DNA of 64,000 bases, taken from assembly GCA_039822145.1 (NCBI GenBank), contig JBCBMU010000001.1, positions 116,400 through 180,399 of the forward strand, given 5' to 3'. Origin of the DNA: Pseudomonadota bacterium (lineage in GTDB: Bacteria > Pseudomonadota > Alphaproteobacteria > Caulobacterales > Hyphomonadaceae). The notes under the pieces were generated by a model. The model had not been told where the DNA came from and made no database searches. It saw only the letters and a program-made list of their open reading frames with translations. Every line of letters begins with the position of its first letter. The first letter of the stretch is position 1. This document shows positions 19,649-29,510 of this stretch, piece after piece. Made by a program: the position numbers and the translations under genes.

Positions 19649-21681
19649 CTGAAGTCTCCCGCTTGACCTTCGACCCTTGGATCAGCTGGCCTTATTTTTG
19701 GACGCTGGTCGGCATCACATTGGTTGCTTTGCTGTTTTATATTGCGGTCTTCCGCAAAGCTTGGCTGACCCGTTCTTTGGCCGGGGCGTTTGGGCTTTTG
19801 GCTCTCGCCAATCCTGCCATTGTGCAAGAAGAACGCGATCCCTTGCCGTCGGTTGCGGCGCTTGTCATCGACCGCTCGGACAGTATGCAATTTGGGGCGC
19901 GGGAGCAGATTACAAATGAGGTTTACACCGCGCTTCGCGACGAGCTGGAGGCCAATCCATCGATTGATTTGCGGGTCGTCGAAGCCGAAACGCAGGGTGA
20001 TGGTACGCGCATCATCAGTGCCCTAGAGGGGCTGATGGCAGATGTCCCACGCGATCGCATTGCCGGCGCGATCCTGGTCACAGATGGCCAAGTCCATGAT
20101 TTGCCGCGAAACCTGTCACGGATCACTGAGCTTGGCCCTGTCCATGCCCTGATCACCGGGGACCCAGACGCCAGCGATCGCCGCATCACGCTGGTGCAGG
20201 CCCCGAATTTCGACATTGTCGGTGACGAGGCCGAATTCATTATCCGGATTGACGACCCGAATGGCGGATCTGTGCCGCTAAGCTATGCGATGAATGGCGG
20301 ACGTAGCCAGGTTCAGACCATAGAGGCCGGGGAAGACACCAGTATTCTGGTCGAAGTCGAACGCCGCGGCGACAATATTGTCGTCTTTGAAACCCCGGCG
20401 GGCGAACAGGAATTGACGCTCGCAAACAATCGCACCGCAGCGACCATTTCAGGCGTTCGCGATGGCTTGCGGGTCTTATTGGTCACTGGTCGCCCGAATG
20501 CGTCGGGCCGGGTTTGGCGGGACCTGTTAAAATCTGATCCGTCGGTCGACCTGGTTCATTTCACCATTCTCAGGCCGCCTTATAAGCGAGATATGACACC
20601 GCTGGAGGAAATGGCCCTGATTGCCTTTCCGACCGAGGAATTGTTCGAAGAAAAACTCGACGGTTTTGATCTGATCATTTTCGATCAATATGAGCGCCGC
20701 GGCGTCATCACCATGGGATATCTTGCCGACGTAGCGCGCTATGTCGAAGAAGGCGGCGCTTTGCTGGTGATTGCGGGTGAAAGTTTCGCGGGGCCGGCGA
20801 GCCTGGCGCGGACGCCGCTGGCGGGCATTTTGCCGGCGCTGCCGACGGGCGAAGTGGTCTCCGAAGACGTCATGCCGACGCTTTCTGCTGAAGGGTTGCG
20901 GCACACGATTACCGAAGATTTTGAAGGTCTAAGCTGGGGCAAATGGCTGCGCTATATTCAAGCTCAAGCCGATACCGGCGATGTGCTGATGCGGACCGCG
21001 GAGGGGGCGCCGCTCTTTGCGGTCGACCGCGTCGGAGATGGCCGCGTCGCACAATTACTATCAGATCAAATTTGGCTATGGGCGCGCGGCTATGATGGCG
21101 GCGGGCCGTTTTCAGACCTTATTCGCCGTTCCGTCCATTGGCTGATGAAAGAACCGGAACTGGACGAACGTCAGCTGCAATTGATTGCCCAAGGTGACAT
21201 GGTGCGGGCCCGTCTACGCACGCTGGCGGACCGGGCTGCGCCGCTTATCATCGAAACCCCGGATGGCAGTTTCCTGGAGCCGGACTGGCAGAGTGATGGG
21301 CCTGGCAGTTACAGCGCCAATGTCCCGGTGGATCAGCTCGGCCTTTATCGGGCCCAGTCCGGGGGGCTTGAAGCGGTGGCTTTGAATGGCCCGGCCAATC
21401 CGCGCGAATTCGCAGCGCTGGAGACGACGGGCGAGGTCCTCCGACCGCTGACAGACGCCTCAGGCGGCGGCATTTATGCGCTGCAGCGCCCCGATCAACG
21501 GCCAAATACTCGCATGGTCGGACAACGGGCGGAGACCCGCGGCAATAATTGGCTCGGCTTGCGCGAACGCGGCGCGTATGCGGTCCGCAACTCGACCAGT
21601 TTACCACTATTGCCGGGGCTTTTGGCGATTGGTTTGATTTTACTCATGTTACTCTTCGCCTGGCGCCGCGAGGGGCGTTAG
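19645..21681 (+). CDS. Membrane protein with VWA-like and GATase-like domains, MoxR-associated
   Basis: DRSDSM, LVTDGQVHD, LKSDPSVDLVHFTILRPP, IWLWARG. Confidence 0.8.
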   Translation: MTEVSRLTFDPWISWPYFWTLVGITLVALLFYIAVFRKAWLTRSLAGAFGLLALANPAIVQEERDPLPSVAALVIDRSDSMQFGAREQITNEVYTALRDELEANPSIDLRVVEAETQGDGTRIISALEGLMADVPRDRIAGAILVTDGQVHDLPRNLSRITELGPVHALITGDPDASDRRITLVQAPNFDIVGDEAEFIIRIDDPNGGSVPLSYAMNGGRSQVQTIEAGEDTSILVEVERRGDNIVVFETPAGEQELTLANNRTAATISGVRDGLRVLLVTGRPNASGRVWRDLLKSDPSVDLVHFTILRPPYKRDMTPLEEMALIAFPTEELFEEKLDGFDLIIFDQYERRGVITMGYLADVARYVEEGGALLVIAGESFAGPASLARTPLAGILPALPTGEVVSEDVMPTLSAEGLRHTITEDFEGLSWGKWLRYIQAQADTGDVLMRTAEGAPLFAVDRVGDGRVAQLLSDQIWLWARGYDGGGPFSDLIRRSVHWLMKEPELDERQLQLIAQGDMVRARLRTLADRAAPLIIETPDGSFLEPDWQSDGPGSYSANVPVDQLGLYRAQSGGLEAVALNGPANPREFAALETTGEVLRPLTDASGGGIYALQRPDQRPNTRMVGQRAETRGNNWLGLRERGAYAVRNSTSLPLLPGLLAIGLILLMLLFAWRREGR

Positions 21682-21780
21682 GGAAGCATATGGGCAGATC
21701 CCGACCTTAAGGCGATTTCTCCGCGTCGAAATGGCGATTCGCTTCGTGGTTAGATCGGTTTTGGAGCGGTTGAGCGATCG

Positions 21781-22746
21781 CTAAATATCAAGCGCCGCGA
21801 CAACCATATAGGCGCCTTTTTTATGGGCCGCCCCCAAGAAATAGTGCGGCCCGAGCACAAAGCCCTGAGCTGCGGCGAAGGTCGACAAGACGGTGTCGGC
21901 GTCACCGGTAAAATCGAAGCCAAAGTCCATACTTTCGCCCGTCGCTTCTAGCGATTTTGCGACTGCGCCTTTGCGCGCCAGGTCCAGCATGCGGTGCGCG
22001 TAAAAATCGGCCAGGACCACACTGCCAGGTGCGGCGAGGGTCTTTATCGCGGTCATTGTCGCGCCGACATTCGCTTCACTCAGATAGAGCGTAACACCTT
22101 CCCAGAGGAAGACCGTCCTCTGAGCGGGGTCATAAGGCGACGCAGTCAAGGCATCGAGCCAAGTCGGATCAGCAAAATCGACTTCAACATAGTGGACGTG
22201 ATCATGCCGCAGCCCGGCGCGTTCGACGGCCCGCCTTTTGGCCTTTTGTGTCGTCGTTTTATCGAGCTCGAACATTGCCAAATCTGATTGTGCAAGCGGG
22301 CCATAGGCACGGGTATCGAGCCCGGCCCCGAGAATGACCAATTGTTCGGCGGTTTTGGCATAGTGCTCGATCAGGGCGTCAAACCGCCGCGAGCGGGAGA
22401 AGACCATATTGGCGAGGCCGCTGACGTCATCCTCTGGCAATTGTGGATACAGAATGGGCCGGCCGGCAATGCTTTTGGCGACCCATAATGGAAATAAAGT
22501 GATCCAGAGCCCGAGCACAGAATTGTTCGGCAAGGCGCCGGCCAATTTGTAAGACGCGGCATCTGCTCGCAATCCAAATACATGCCCGGTCCAGCGCCCG
22601 TTTACGATTTCGACGGCTGTTTGAGACAGTCCGAGCGCCTTGCTGCGGGCGAGCTGCTTATAGGCGACCCAGAGGGCGCCCAGGATCGACAATGGCAGCC
22701 AAACGACTTGGAGAGGAATGAATATAAGCCAAGCGATTAACGTCAT
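21781..22746 (-). CDS. Class I SAM-dependent methyltransferase (LCM-like)
   Basis: QLVILGAGLDTRAY, FELD, VFLWEGVTLYL. Confidence 0.88.
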   Translation of the reverse strand: MTLIAWLIFIPLQVVWLPLSILGALWVAYKQLARSKALGLSQTAVEIVNGRWTGHVFGLRADAASYKLAGALPNNSVLGLWITLFPLWVAKSIAGRPILYPQLPEDDVSGLANMVFSRSRRFDALIEHYAKTAEQLVILGAGLDTRAYGPLAQSDLAMFELDKTTTQKAKRRAVERAGLRHDHVHYVEVDFADPTWLDALTASPYDPAQRTVFLWEGVTLYLSEANVGATMTAIKTLAAPGSVVLADFYAHRMLDLARKGAVAKSLEATGESMDFGFDFTGDADTVLSTFAAAQGFVLGPHYFLGAAHKKGAYMVVAALDI

Positions 22747-22839
22747 GAGCACCAAGATACAAAGTGTTAGAGGTGCGTCCAGAGCGTGGGTCGGTCAATT
22801 GACCCAGCAAGGTGGGCGCAGCCGCGCGGATTAGGCTGC

Positions 22840-23331
22840 TTAACGCGCGCGCAGCACGCCCGACAAAGCCGAGGCGTCGCCAGCAAGACCCCGCACCATG
22901 ACCCGGCTCATATCTTGCGGCCCGGGGAAAATGAAACGGTCAGCCGCGACTGTTTGGAAGCCGAGCTCGCCGAAATATTTGGTTGAGCCAATAATAATCG
23001 CAGCGCCCCAGCCTGCTTTGGTTGCCGCCTCCAGCGCTTCACCCGTTATTGTTAGACCAAGGCGCTGACCTTGAAAATCTGGGGAGACCGCGACGGGGCC
23101 GATAAACAGCGCCTGAATGCGCGCCGCACCGACGAAAATCGGCCACACGCGGCAGACACCAATCACTTGCTCATTGGCGATTGCGACGCGAGTGATATCC
23201 GGCAGTGAGGCATTGCCCTCCCGCAAACGCTCGGCGGTTTTGGCAAAATGGCCAGGTCCAAATGTGCGATCATATAGCGCCTCAATGGCATCCGCATGTA
23301 GGGCAGGGGTTTCCGGCTGGATATCGATCAT
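22840..23331 (-). CDS. GNAT N-acetyltransferase
   Basis: FGPGHFAKTAERLRE, IGPVAVSPDFQGQRLG. Confidence 0.85.
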   Translation of the reverse strand: MIDIQPETPALHADAIEALYDRTFGPGHFAKTAERLREGNASLPDITRVAIANEQVIGVCRVWPIFVGAARIQALFIGPVAVSPDFQGQRLGLTITGEALEAATKAGWGAAIIIGSTKYFGELGFQTVAADRFIFPGPQDMSRVMVRGLAGDASALSGVLRAR

Positions 23332-23377
23332 GGCGCGCGGTGTTTACCTGTGCGGTCCTGAAACGCAATGGCTAAGT

Positions 23378-24328
23378 TCAATATTCCCAGCGATTGAGTT
23401 GGTCTTTGATGGCGTCAATGAAGGCCAGCGGTTGATCCAACATGACATGATGCTGTGCGTCTGGCACCGACACCATATCCATTCCCTCACGCAGCGAGCG
23501 CATATAGTCCCAGATCCGATCGGTCACCAAAACCGAGTCCTGACCGCGCATCATCGCCACCTCGCAAGTGATCTCAGACAGCATATTGGTCGACATTTTG
23601 CGGAACTCGAAATTTGAGAAGATTTCCGGATCGAATTTCCAGACCCAGCCGGTTTGGCCCGCTGCATTGGTTTTTTCTTTGAGACTGTGGCGCGCGATAT
23701 AGTCGGCAATATAATGGTTTTCGCAAGGTTGCGGCGGCGCCAAGCGGAAGCGCGCTAAGGCTGCCTGCAAGTTGGCATAAGCGCGACTGCCGCGGGCCTT
23801 TCGCGGCGGCCCGTCCAATTTATCCTCTGGCGGACGTAAGCCACTATCGACGATCACAACGCCTGCAAACCTGTCCGAGTGCTGTTGCGCCGTATGCAAG
23901 GTGATGAAGCCGCCAAATGAGTGGGCGACAATGACAGGCTTGCGGCCGTCTCGGAACAGGCCAGCGTGCTCGCACACCGCCATTTGCTCATCGGCGAAGC
24001 GTTCAAAACTGTAGCGCTGGCGCCAATCGCTATCCCCCATGCCGGAAAAGCTCATGGCAATGACGCGGTACTGATCGGCCAAAGCGGGCGCGATGAAATC
24101 ATACCAATGCGCGTGTGCGCCATTGCCATGCGAGAGTAACAAGCCGGGGCGCTCTGGAGCGCCCCAGGCTTGATAGCGGATTTTAACGCCGCCCACGTCG
24201 ACGAAATGCTCTTCATAGGGCGATGCCACGGCCTCATTGAACCACGCCGGTGCCTCCGGCTTCGCGCCGCGATAGCGTGCTAAGAGGTTTGCCTGTTCTG
24301 GGCTCATCTCGTGAATATCATCGGCCAT
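23378..24328 (-). CDS. Alpha/beta hydrolase
   Basis: HGNGAHAHW, AHSFGG, HHVMLDQP. Confidence 0.9.
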   Translation of the reverse strand: MADDIHEMSPEQANLLARYRGAKPEAPAWFNEAVASPYEEHFVDVGGVKIRYQAWGAPERPGLLLSHGNGAHAHWYDFIAPALADQYRVIAMSFSGMGDSDWRQRYSFERFADEQMAVCEHAGLFRDGRKPVIVAHSFGGFITLHTAQQHSDRFAGVVIVDSGLRPPEDKLDGPPRKARGSRAYANLQAALARFRLAPPQPCENHYIADYIARHSLKEKTNAAGQTGWVWKFDPEIFSNFEFRKMSTNMLSEITCEVAMMRGQDSVLVTDRIWDYMRSLREGMDMVSVPDAQHHVMLDQPLAFIDAIKDQLNRWEY

Positions 24329-24330
24329 GG

Positions 24331-24765
24331 TTAGGTCCGTCTCTCAATAATTTTGAAGATCCCGGTTCCGGTCATGAGCGTTTTCTCGCCGCTCCAGATC
24401 CGGCCTTCGACCGTATAGATATTATCGACCACGGAGAGGACGGTGCCGCGCCCTTCGATCCAGGATCCGTGCTTGGCGCCGGACAGGAAATCGCAAACCA
24501 GGCGAATGGTCACCCACCACGTATCTTCGTCTTTTTCGACAGCGCTGCCCCAGGCCATGTCGGCAAACGTCATCAACATGCCGCCATGGGCGTTCATCAT
24601 GCCATTGGTGTGATGCTCGCCCACCCGAAAGGCGCGGGTCAGGCCGTCGGCGTCGCGTTTCTCAAATAAGGGTCCGACTTGACGGCCGAATCCGCGATGC
24701 CACTGCAATTGCGTGAAACCGTTTGGAATGTGGTAAGTTTGTTCTTTGGTGAGATCGTCGCTCAT
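24331..24765 (-). CDS. PaaI family thioesterase
   Basis: [18 protein letters not shown] hot-dog motif. Confidence 0.88.
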   Translation of the reverse strand: MSDDLTKEQTYHIPNGFTQLQWHRGFGRQVGPLFEKRDADGLTRAFRVGEHHTNGMMNAHGGMLMTFADMAWGSAVEKDEDTWWVTIRLVCDFLSGAKHGSWIEGRGTVLSVVDNIYTVEGRIWSGEKTLMTGTGIFKIIERRT

Positions 24766-24805
24766 GAGCGCTCACATGGCGGCTTTGCTCGGTGCGGGCA
24801 ACCCC

Positions 24806-25555
24806 TCACGTTGCGGGATTGGCAGCGGTCCAATTCAAGTAAAAGACGCACGTATTGGCCGCGATATGCGCGACAATTGGGACGGCGACAGTGCCACTGA
24901 CCAAGCGCAATACCGCGAACCCGACGCCCGCGAAGAAGACAATCACCATTGCCGGGATGGAATATTGTATGTGCATGAAGGCAAAGGCGGCACTGGTCAG
25001 CACAACGGCGCCAATTGGTGAGAGACCGCGGGCCAAAAGGGCGCCCATACCGACCCCGCGAAAGGCCACTTCTTCGACAATCGGCGCGATCAAGATAGGG
25101 GCGAAAAGATAGGCCAGGGTCCAATTTTGCGGGGCAAAAATCGCGGTGTTGATTTCCGTTCGATATTGCCATTGCTCTTCCGGCATCAAGCTGCCGATGA
25201 CGATGGCCGGGATAACGAAGACCAGTGGACCGAGAAACCCCGCGGCAATCAACCAAGAGGACGTGGTCCGCATTTCGCCGGCAAAGGGGCCAGCGCCAAT
25301 CCAATTTGACCAGAGGCTCATGACACCGAACCAGAGCGCAATCGCGATGCAATGAAAGCGCCACCAGAGGTGATAGGCGGCGATTTCGTCGTCAGTCCCC
25401 GGCGTGAATTCCGGGGTCACAGAGAGCGTCACCTCATAAGCCCCGTAAATGAACAGAACCGGGGCAAGAATGACCCAAAAAAACGCCATTAACGGATCGC
25501 GCCCTAAAGCGAGCGGCGTTTGATAAGGTCCGGTCATCACGGTTGATTGGTCCAC
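24806..25555 (-). CDS. CPBP (Abi) intramembrane glutamic endopeptidase
   Basis: APIVEEVAFRG, FAFMH, AHIAAN; multiple TM segments. Confidence 0.88.
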   Translation of the reverse strand: MDQSTVMTGPYQTPLALGRDPLMAFFWVILAPVLFIYGAYEVTLSVTPEFTPGTDDEIAAYHLWWRFHCIAIALWFGVMSLWSNWIGAGPFAGEMRTTSSWLIAAGFLGPLVFVIPAIVIGSLMPEEQWQYRTEINTAIFAPQNWTLAYLFAPILIAPIVEEVAFRGVGMGALLARGLSPIGAVVLTSAAFAFMHIQYSIPAMVIVFFAGVGFAVLRLVSGTVAVPIVAHIAANTCVFYLNWTAANPAT

Positions 25556-25609
25556 ACTTGCAACCGCGCCAGTATGGCCAGTTACACATGCGGGGCAAGA
25601 CGCAAAGGG

Positions 25610-26242
25610 TTAACTCTCGTCAGCTGGGCGCAGCGCGATCAATTCATCGGTCATGCTATCAATTTTAGCGACCAAAGCATCCACAGACCCTGAATTCTGA
25701 TCGAGGATCGACAAGAATTGGGCGCGCTGTTCAATCGCCAGCCAAATCACGTTGCCGCCATCTTCCAAAGCGACATCAACCACTTGGAACTTGCCGCCGC
25801 GGTTCAACACCCGCCATCTCACCTCAAGTTCGCGTCCATCCGAGCTCAGAATGTCCGTGTCGACAATAGAGTCGCGCGATGTGCGCTCGGTTGAGCCAGT
25901 GACTTCGACATCACGGCCGCGAAATTCGTTGAAGTAAAATTCGTAAACGGCAAGCGCATAGGCGCGGAAAGAGGTCAGATAGGTATCCATCTCTTCCGGC
26001 GTGAAGCGTTTTGAGTATTTGCCAATCACAAATTTCGCGACCGCGTCGAGATTGGTGAACTCATCCATATAGGTTTGGAAACGCTCCCGCCGTTCGTCTG
26101 GCGTCAGGTCGGGCGCGTTCAATGAGGCCAGCACGTCATTGGCGTTCTGGCGCACATATTCTTCTGAATCTGTGTCTGCAAAAGATGGCAAAGCGGCGGC
26201 GGCCAGCATTGCACAAGACAAAATCAATTTACGAGCGAACAT
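25610..26242 (-). CDS. mlaC: MlaC/Ttg2D phospholipid-binding protein
   Basis: Signal peptide; V.WRV...KFQVVDV; Q.RAQF; adjacent to mlaA. Confidence 0.82.
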   Translation of the reverse strand: MFARKLILSCAMLAAAALPSFADTDSEEYVRQNANDVLASLNAPDLTPDERRERFQTYMDEFTNLDAVAKFVIGKYSKRFTPEEMDTYLTSFRAYALAVYEFYFNEFRGRDVEVTGSTERTSRDSIVDTDILSSDGRELEVRWRVLNRGGKFQVVDVALEDGGNVIWLAIEQRAQFLSILDQNSGSVDALVAKIDSMTDELIALRPADES

Positions 26243-26247
26243 ATCGT

Positions 26248-27021
26248 TTATTCCTGTGACTCGAATTCTTCCTCATCCCCGAAATCATAATCATCGAAAT
26301 CGGGCAAATCTTCGAACGGGTCTTCTTGCTCACGGCCGTCACGAATTGCGGCCGCTCTTTGTTGTGTATAATTCCGTCGCAAGGCGACATAGGGTTCAGG
26401 TTGATCGCGGAGGATCTCAACAGCTTCGATCAAATTCTCACGTGCGGCGATCACACCAATTACCCCTGTCGAAATGCGAAATTCATCATCGCCTTCAAAT
26501 TGGGCGTAATTAAGGGGGTTAAACGCAACATCGACACCGCCGCCAGCCAGGTCACGCAAATTCGTCGAGCCGCGCAGCGGAAGCACTAGGTACGGTCCGT
26601 TTGGCACGCCCCAAACACCGAGTGTTTGGCCGAAATCCTCACGGTGTTTCGGCACATCAAACTCAGACGCAACATCAAACAAGCCGGCAATCCCGAAGGT
26701 CGAATTAACGGAGAATCGTGCGAATGTATCGATCGCGGCGCCCGGCTTGCCTTGTAGGACTGTGTTGGCGAACACGACCGGCTGGTTCAAATTCGATAAA
26801 AAATTGGAGACGCCTTGGCGAATGGGCTCATTGGTGACGGTGCGATAGCCCTTGGCCACCGGCTCAAGGACAACCCTGTCGACGCCATCATTGAAGGCAT
26901 AGACCCCGCGGTTCCAACCCTCTAAAGGATCGTACACGGTCGAGGGGTTAGACGCCTCTCCTGTGGATGCACATGCCGTCAACACAATTGCTGATCCTGC
27001 GATCAAACTTGGTAAGCGCAT
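26248..27021 (-). CDS. mlaA: VacJ/MlaA lipoprotein
   Basis: Lipobox LTAC; DPLEGWNR, NSTFGIAGLFD, EDFGQTLGVWG. Confidence 0.92.
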   Translation of the reverse strand: MRLPSLIAGSAIVLTACASTGEASNPSTVYDPLEGWNRGVYAFNDGVDRVVLEPVAKGYRTVTNEPIRQGVSNFLSNLNQPVVFANTVLQGKPGAAIDTFARFSVNSTFGIAGLFDVASEFDVPKHREDFGQTLGVWGVPNGPYLVLPLRGSTNLRDLAGGGVDVAFNPLNYAQFEGDDEFRISTGVIGVIAARENLIEAVEILRDQPEPYVALRRNYTQQRAAAIRDGREQEDPFEDLPDFDDYDFGDEEEFESQE

Positions 27022-27166
27022 AGATCCCATCCTTTCGCCTCGGCATGCGATATGAGGGTGTCTTTGCACGAAATCAAATAAACCTAATGTGAATATTCCG
27101 ACATCTTAATAGACTGTGGCGCTTCGAACACGGTTAACGGGCTCAAATTTGGCTTCAAATTAAGCC

Positions 27167-27196
27167 TTGCAATACATATAAATGATCGTTTATATG
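27167..27196 (+). promoter_or_regulatory. Promoter with palindromic operator (probable SahR site)
   Basis: TTGCAA (27167) with a -10 near 27190; perfect inverted repeat CATATAAA-tgatcg-TTTATATG (27175-27196). Confidence 0.65.
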
Positions 27197-27202
27197 ATTT
27201 CC

Positions 27203-28180
27203 ATGGCGCCGTCACTTGAAACGCTTGTAGATGCATTGAAAGCCGCTGGGGAACCGACCCGAGCGCGCATTTTGGCCTTGTTGCGGCGCGGAGATCTCGC
27301 GGTTGGTGAACTGGTTCAAATTCTTGACCAAAGCCAGCCGCGCCTATCGCACCATCTAAAGACCCTGACCAGCGCAGGCTTGGTTGAGCGCCTGCCAGAA
27401 GGCTCTTGGGTCTTCTATCGGGCACAAACCAAGGGCTGGGCCGGGCGGATCCTGCAAGCCCTGTTCGCAGAGCTAGATATGTCTAAAGCGCCTTTCATCG
27501 AGGACCGCGACGCTTTGGAGAAAGTCCGACAAACGCGCGCGATGTCAGCAGAAGCCTATTTCTCTGAAATCGCTGAAAATTGGGACCGGCTACGGGCGCT
27601 GCATTACCCTGAAACGGCGATTGAACAGGCGATCATATCCTTGGTCGAAACGCAGACATATGACCGCGTCATCGATCTCGGCACGGGGACAGGCCGTATG
27701 CTCGCCCTGCTCGCGCCTTTTGCGCGCGAAGCAGAGGGACTCGACTTGTCGCATCATATGTTGACGGTCGCCCGCGCCAATCTGAACCGCGCTGAGATTC
27801 GCAATGCAAGGGTGCGCCAAGGCGATGTCGCCGAAACGCCGTTCGAGGCCAATAGCGCCGACTTGGTCATGGTTCATCAAGTGTTACACTATCTCGAACG
27901 CCCAGAAGACGTGCTGCACGAGGCGGCGCGTATTTTGAAGCCGGGTGGGCGATTGGTGATTGTCGATTTTGCCCCCCACGATCTCGAATTTCTGCGCGAA
28001 GGCCAGGGGCACCGCCGGCTTGGCATTCGCCAGGACGATATCGCTGCTTGGGCCGTGGAGGCTGGCCTCGACTTGCAAGCGCCAACCCGATTTGATCCCC
28101 CCGCATCACTGGCTCAGGGCCTGAGCGTTCTGATTTGGACGGCGACGCGGCCGGCAAACCAACAGGAGGTCGCGGCATGA
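27203..28180 (+). CDS. sahR: ArsR-HTH plus SAM methyltransferase-fold regulator (SahR-like)
   Basis: SQPRLSHHLK HTH; DLGTGTG; heads the metF-metH operon. Confidence 0.8.
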   Translation: MAPSLETLVDALKAAGEPTRARILALLRRGDLAVGELVQILDQSQPRLSHHLKTLTSAGLVERLPEGSWVFYRAQTKGWAGRILQALFAELDMSKAPFIEDRDALEKVRQTRAMSAEAYFSEIAENWDRLRALHYPETAIEQAIISLVETQTYDRVIDLGTGTGRMLALLAPFAREAEGLDLSHHMLTVARANLNRAEIRNARVRQGDVAETPFEANSADLVMVHQVLHYLERPEDVLHEAARILKPGGRLVIVDFAPHDLEFLREGQGHRRLGIRQDDIAAWAVEAGLDLQAPTRFDPPASLAQGLSVLIWTATRPANQQEVAA

Positions 28181-29088
28181 ACACGCTCGCCGTTGCTGCT
28201 CAACAAGAGACACCCGCCCCCAATGTGTCTTTCGAATTCTTTCCGCCAAAGACGGATAAGATGGAAGCCAAATTATGGGAATCTGTGGCGCGCTTGTCGC
28301 CGATGGCGCCTAAATTTGTCTCGGTCACCTATGGCGCTGGCGGGTCGACGCGGGACCGGACGCAAAGGACCGTTGCGAAAATCGCTCAAGACACGCCGCT
28401 GGCGCCGGCCGCTCATTTGACCTGTGTTGGCGCAACCAAGGACGAAGTGCTTCATGTGGCAAAGGATTTCTGGGCTGCAGGCGTCCGTCATTTGGTCGCC
28501 CTTCGCGGCGATCCTCCGACGGGCATGGGCGAAAAATTCGAGCAACATCCCGGCGGATTTCGCGACAGTGTCGATTTGATTGCGGGCATTCGCGATTATG
28601 ACATCGCGCCCGGCGCGCGGTTTGAAATCAGCGTCTCTTGCTATCCGGAACAACACCCAGATAGCCTTGGCTGGGACCAAGACATCGCCTTCTTGAAAGC
28701 CAAACAAGATGCCGGCGCCGACCGCGCGATTACGCAGTTTTTCTTCGAGCCTGATGTTTATTTGTCATTCTTAGAGCGTGCCCGGGCTGGCGGTGTGACC
28801 ATGCCGATTGTCCCTGGGATCATGCTTCAGCCAAACTTTAACGGCTTGGCGCGGATGGCGAAAGTCGTCGAAGCCTCGGTTCCCGACTGGTTGCACAAGC
28901 TTTATGAGGGCACAGATGATGATCCCGAAACCCGGGAGCTGATCACCGCGAATGTTGCGGTTGAGCTCTGTCACAAACTTTCAGAACAGGGCGTGAATGA
29001 CTTTCACTTCTATACGCTCAATCGCGCCAGTTTGGCCTTGTCGACCTGCCGGATGCTCGGCCTGAAACCGAAGGCGGCGGTGGGATGA
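28177..29088 (+). CDS. metF: 5,10-methylenetetrahydrofolate reductase
   Basis: SFEFFPPKT, SVTYGAGG, AHLTCV, ALRGD, ITQFFF, HFYTLNR. Confidence 0.96.
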   Translation: MNTLAVAAQQETPAPNVSFEFFPPKTDKMEAKLWESVARLSPMAPKFVSVTYGAGGSTRDRTQRTVAKIAQDTPLAPAAHLTCVGATKDEVLHVAKDFWAAGVRHLVALRGDPPTGMGEKFEQHPGGFRDSVDLIAGIRDYDIAPGARFEISVSCYPEQHPDSLGWDQDIAFLKAKQDAGADRAITQFFFEPDVYLSFLERARAGGVTMPIVPGIMLQPNFNGLARMAKVVEASVPDWLHKLYEGTDDDPETRELITANVAVELCHKLSEQGVNDFHFYTLNRASLALSTCRMLGLKPKAAVG

Positions 29089-29510
29089 GGCGCATCTTGG
29101 ACGCTCGACCTCTGCTGCTTTTTACAACCGCGGCGTTGTCGCTCTCGGGAAGCGCTTGCTCGGCTGAGGAAACGGCAAATGCCGAATTGTTGACGTGTTT
29201 GTTGGAGCAAGTGGAGTTTCAATCTCCCGAAGGTGCCCAGCGCTTCATCGTTAATACAGATACGGATGGACCCTGCCGTAAAACAGCAGAGGCTTACAGG
29301 TATTACCAAATGTGTGAGGTCGCGATGACGATGCACGCATCCTCGAACTGTGCGAAGCTACATAACCCGGATGCAAACCGTATTCCCTCCACGCTCAGGG
29401 ATTCTGCCAGCTCGCGCGAAGCGCTTGAATACGCCTATCGTCGAGACTGCGGCGACGACCCAATTCCGACATCCACCCTTCTCGCCTATATAGAAAAGTG
29501 TTCACCATGA
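29085..29510 (+). CDS. Hypothetical Cys-rich secreted protein or lipoprotein
   Basis: Hydrophobic N-terminus ending SAC; ATGA overlaps at both ends. Confidence 0.6.
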   Translation: MRRILDARPLLLFTTAALSLSGSACSAEETANAELLTCLLEQVEFQSPEGAQRFIVNTDTDGPCRKTAEAYRYYQMCEVAMTMHASSNCAKLHNPDANRIPSTLRDSASSREALEYAYRRDCGDDPIPTSTLLAYIEKCSP

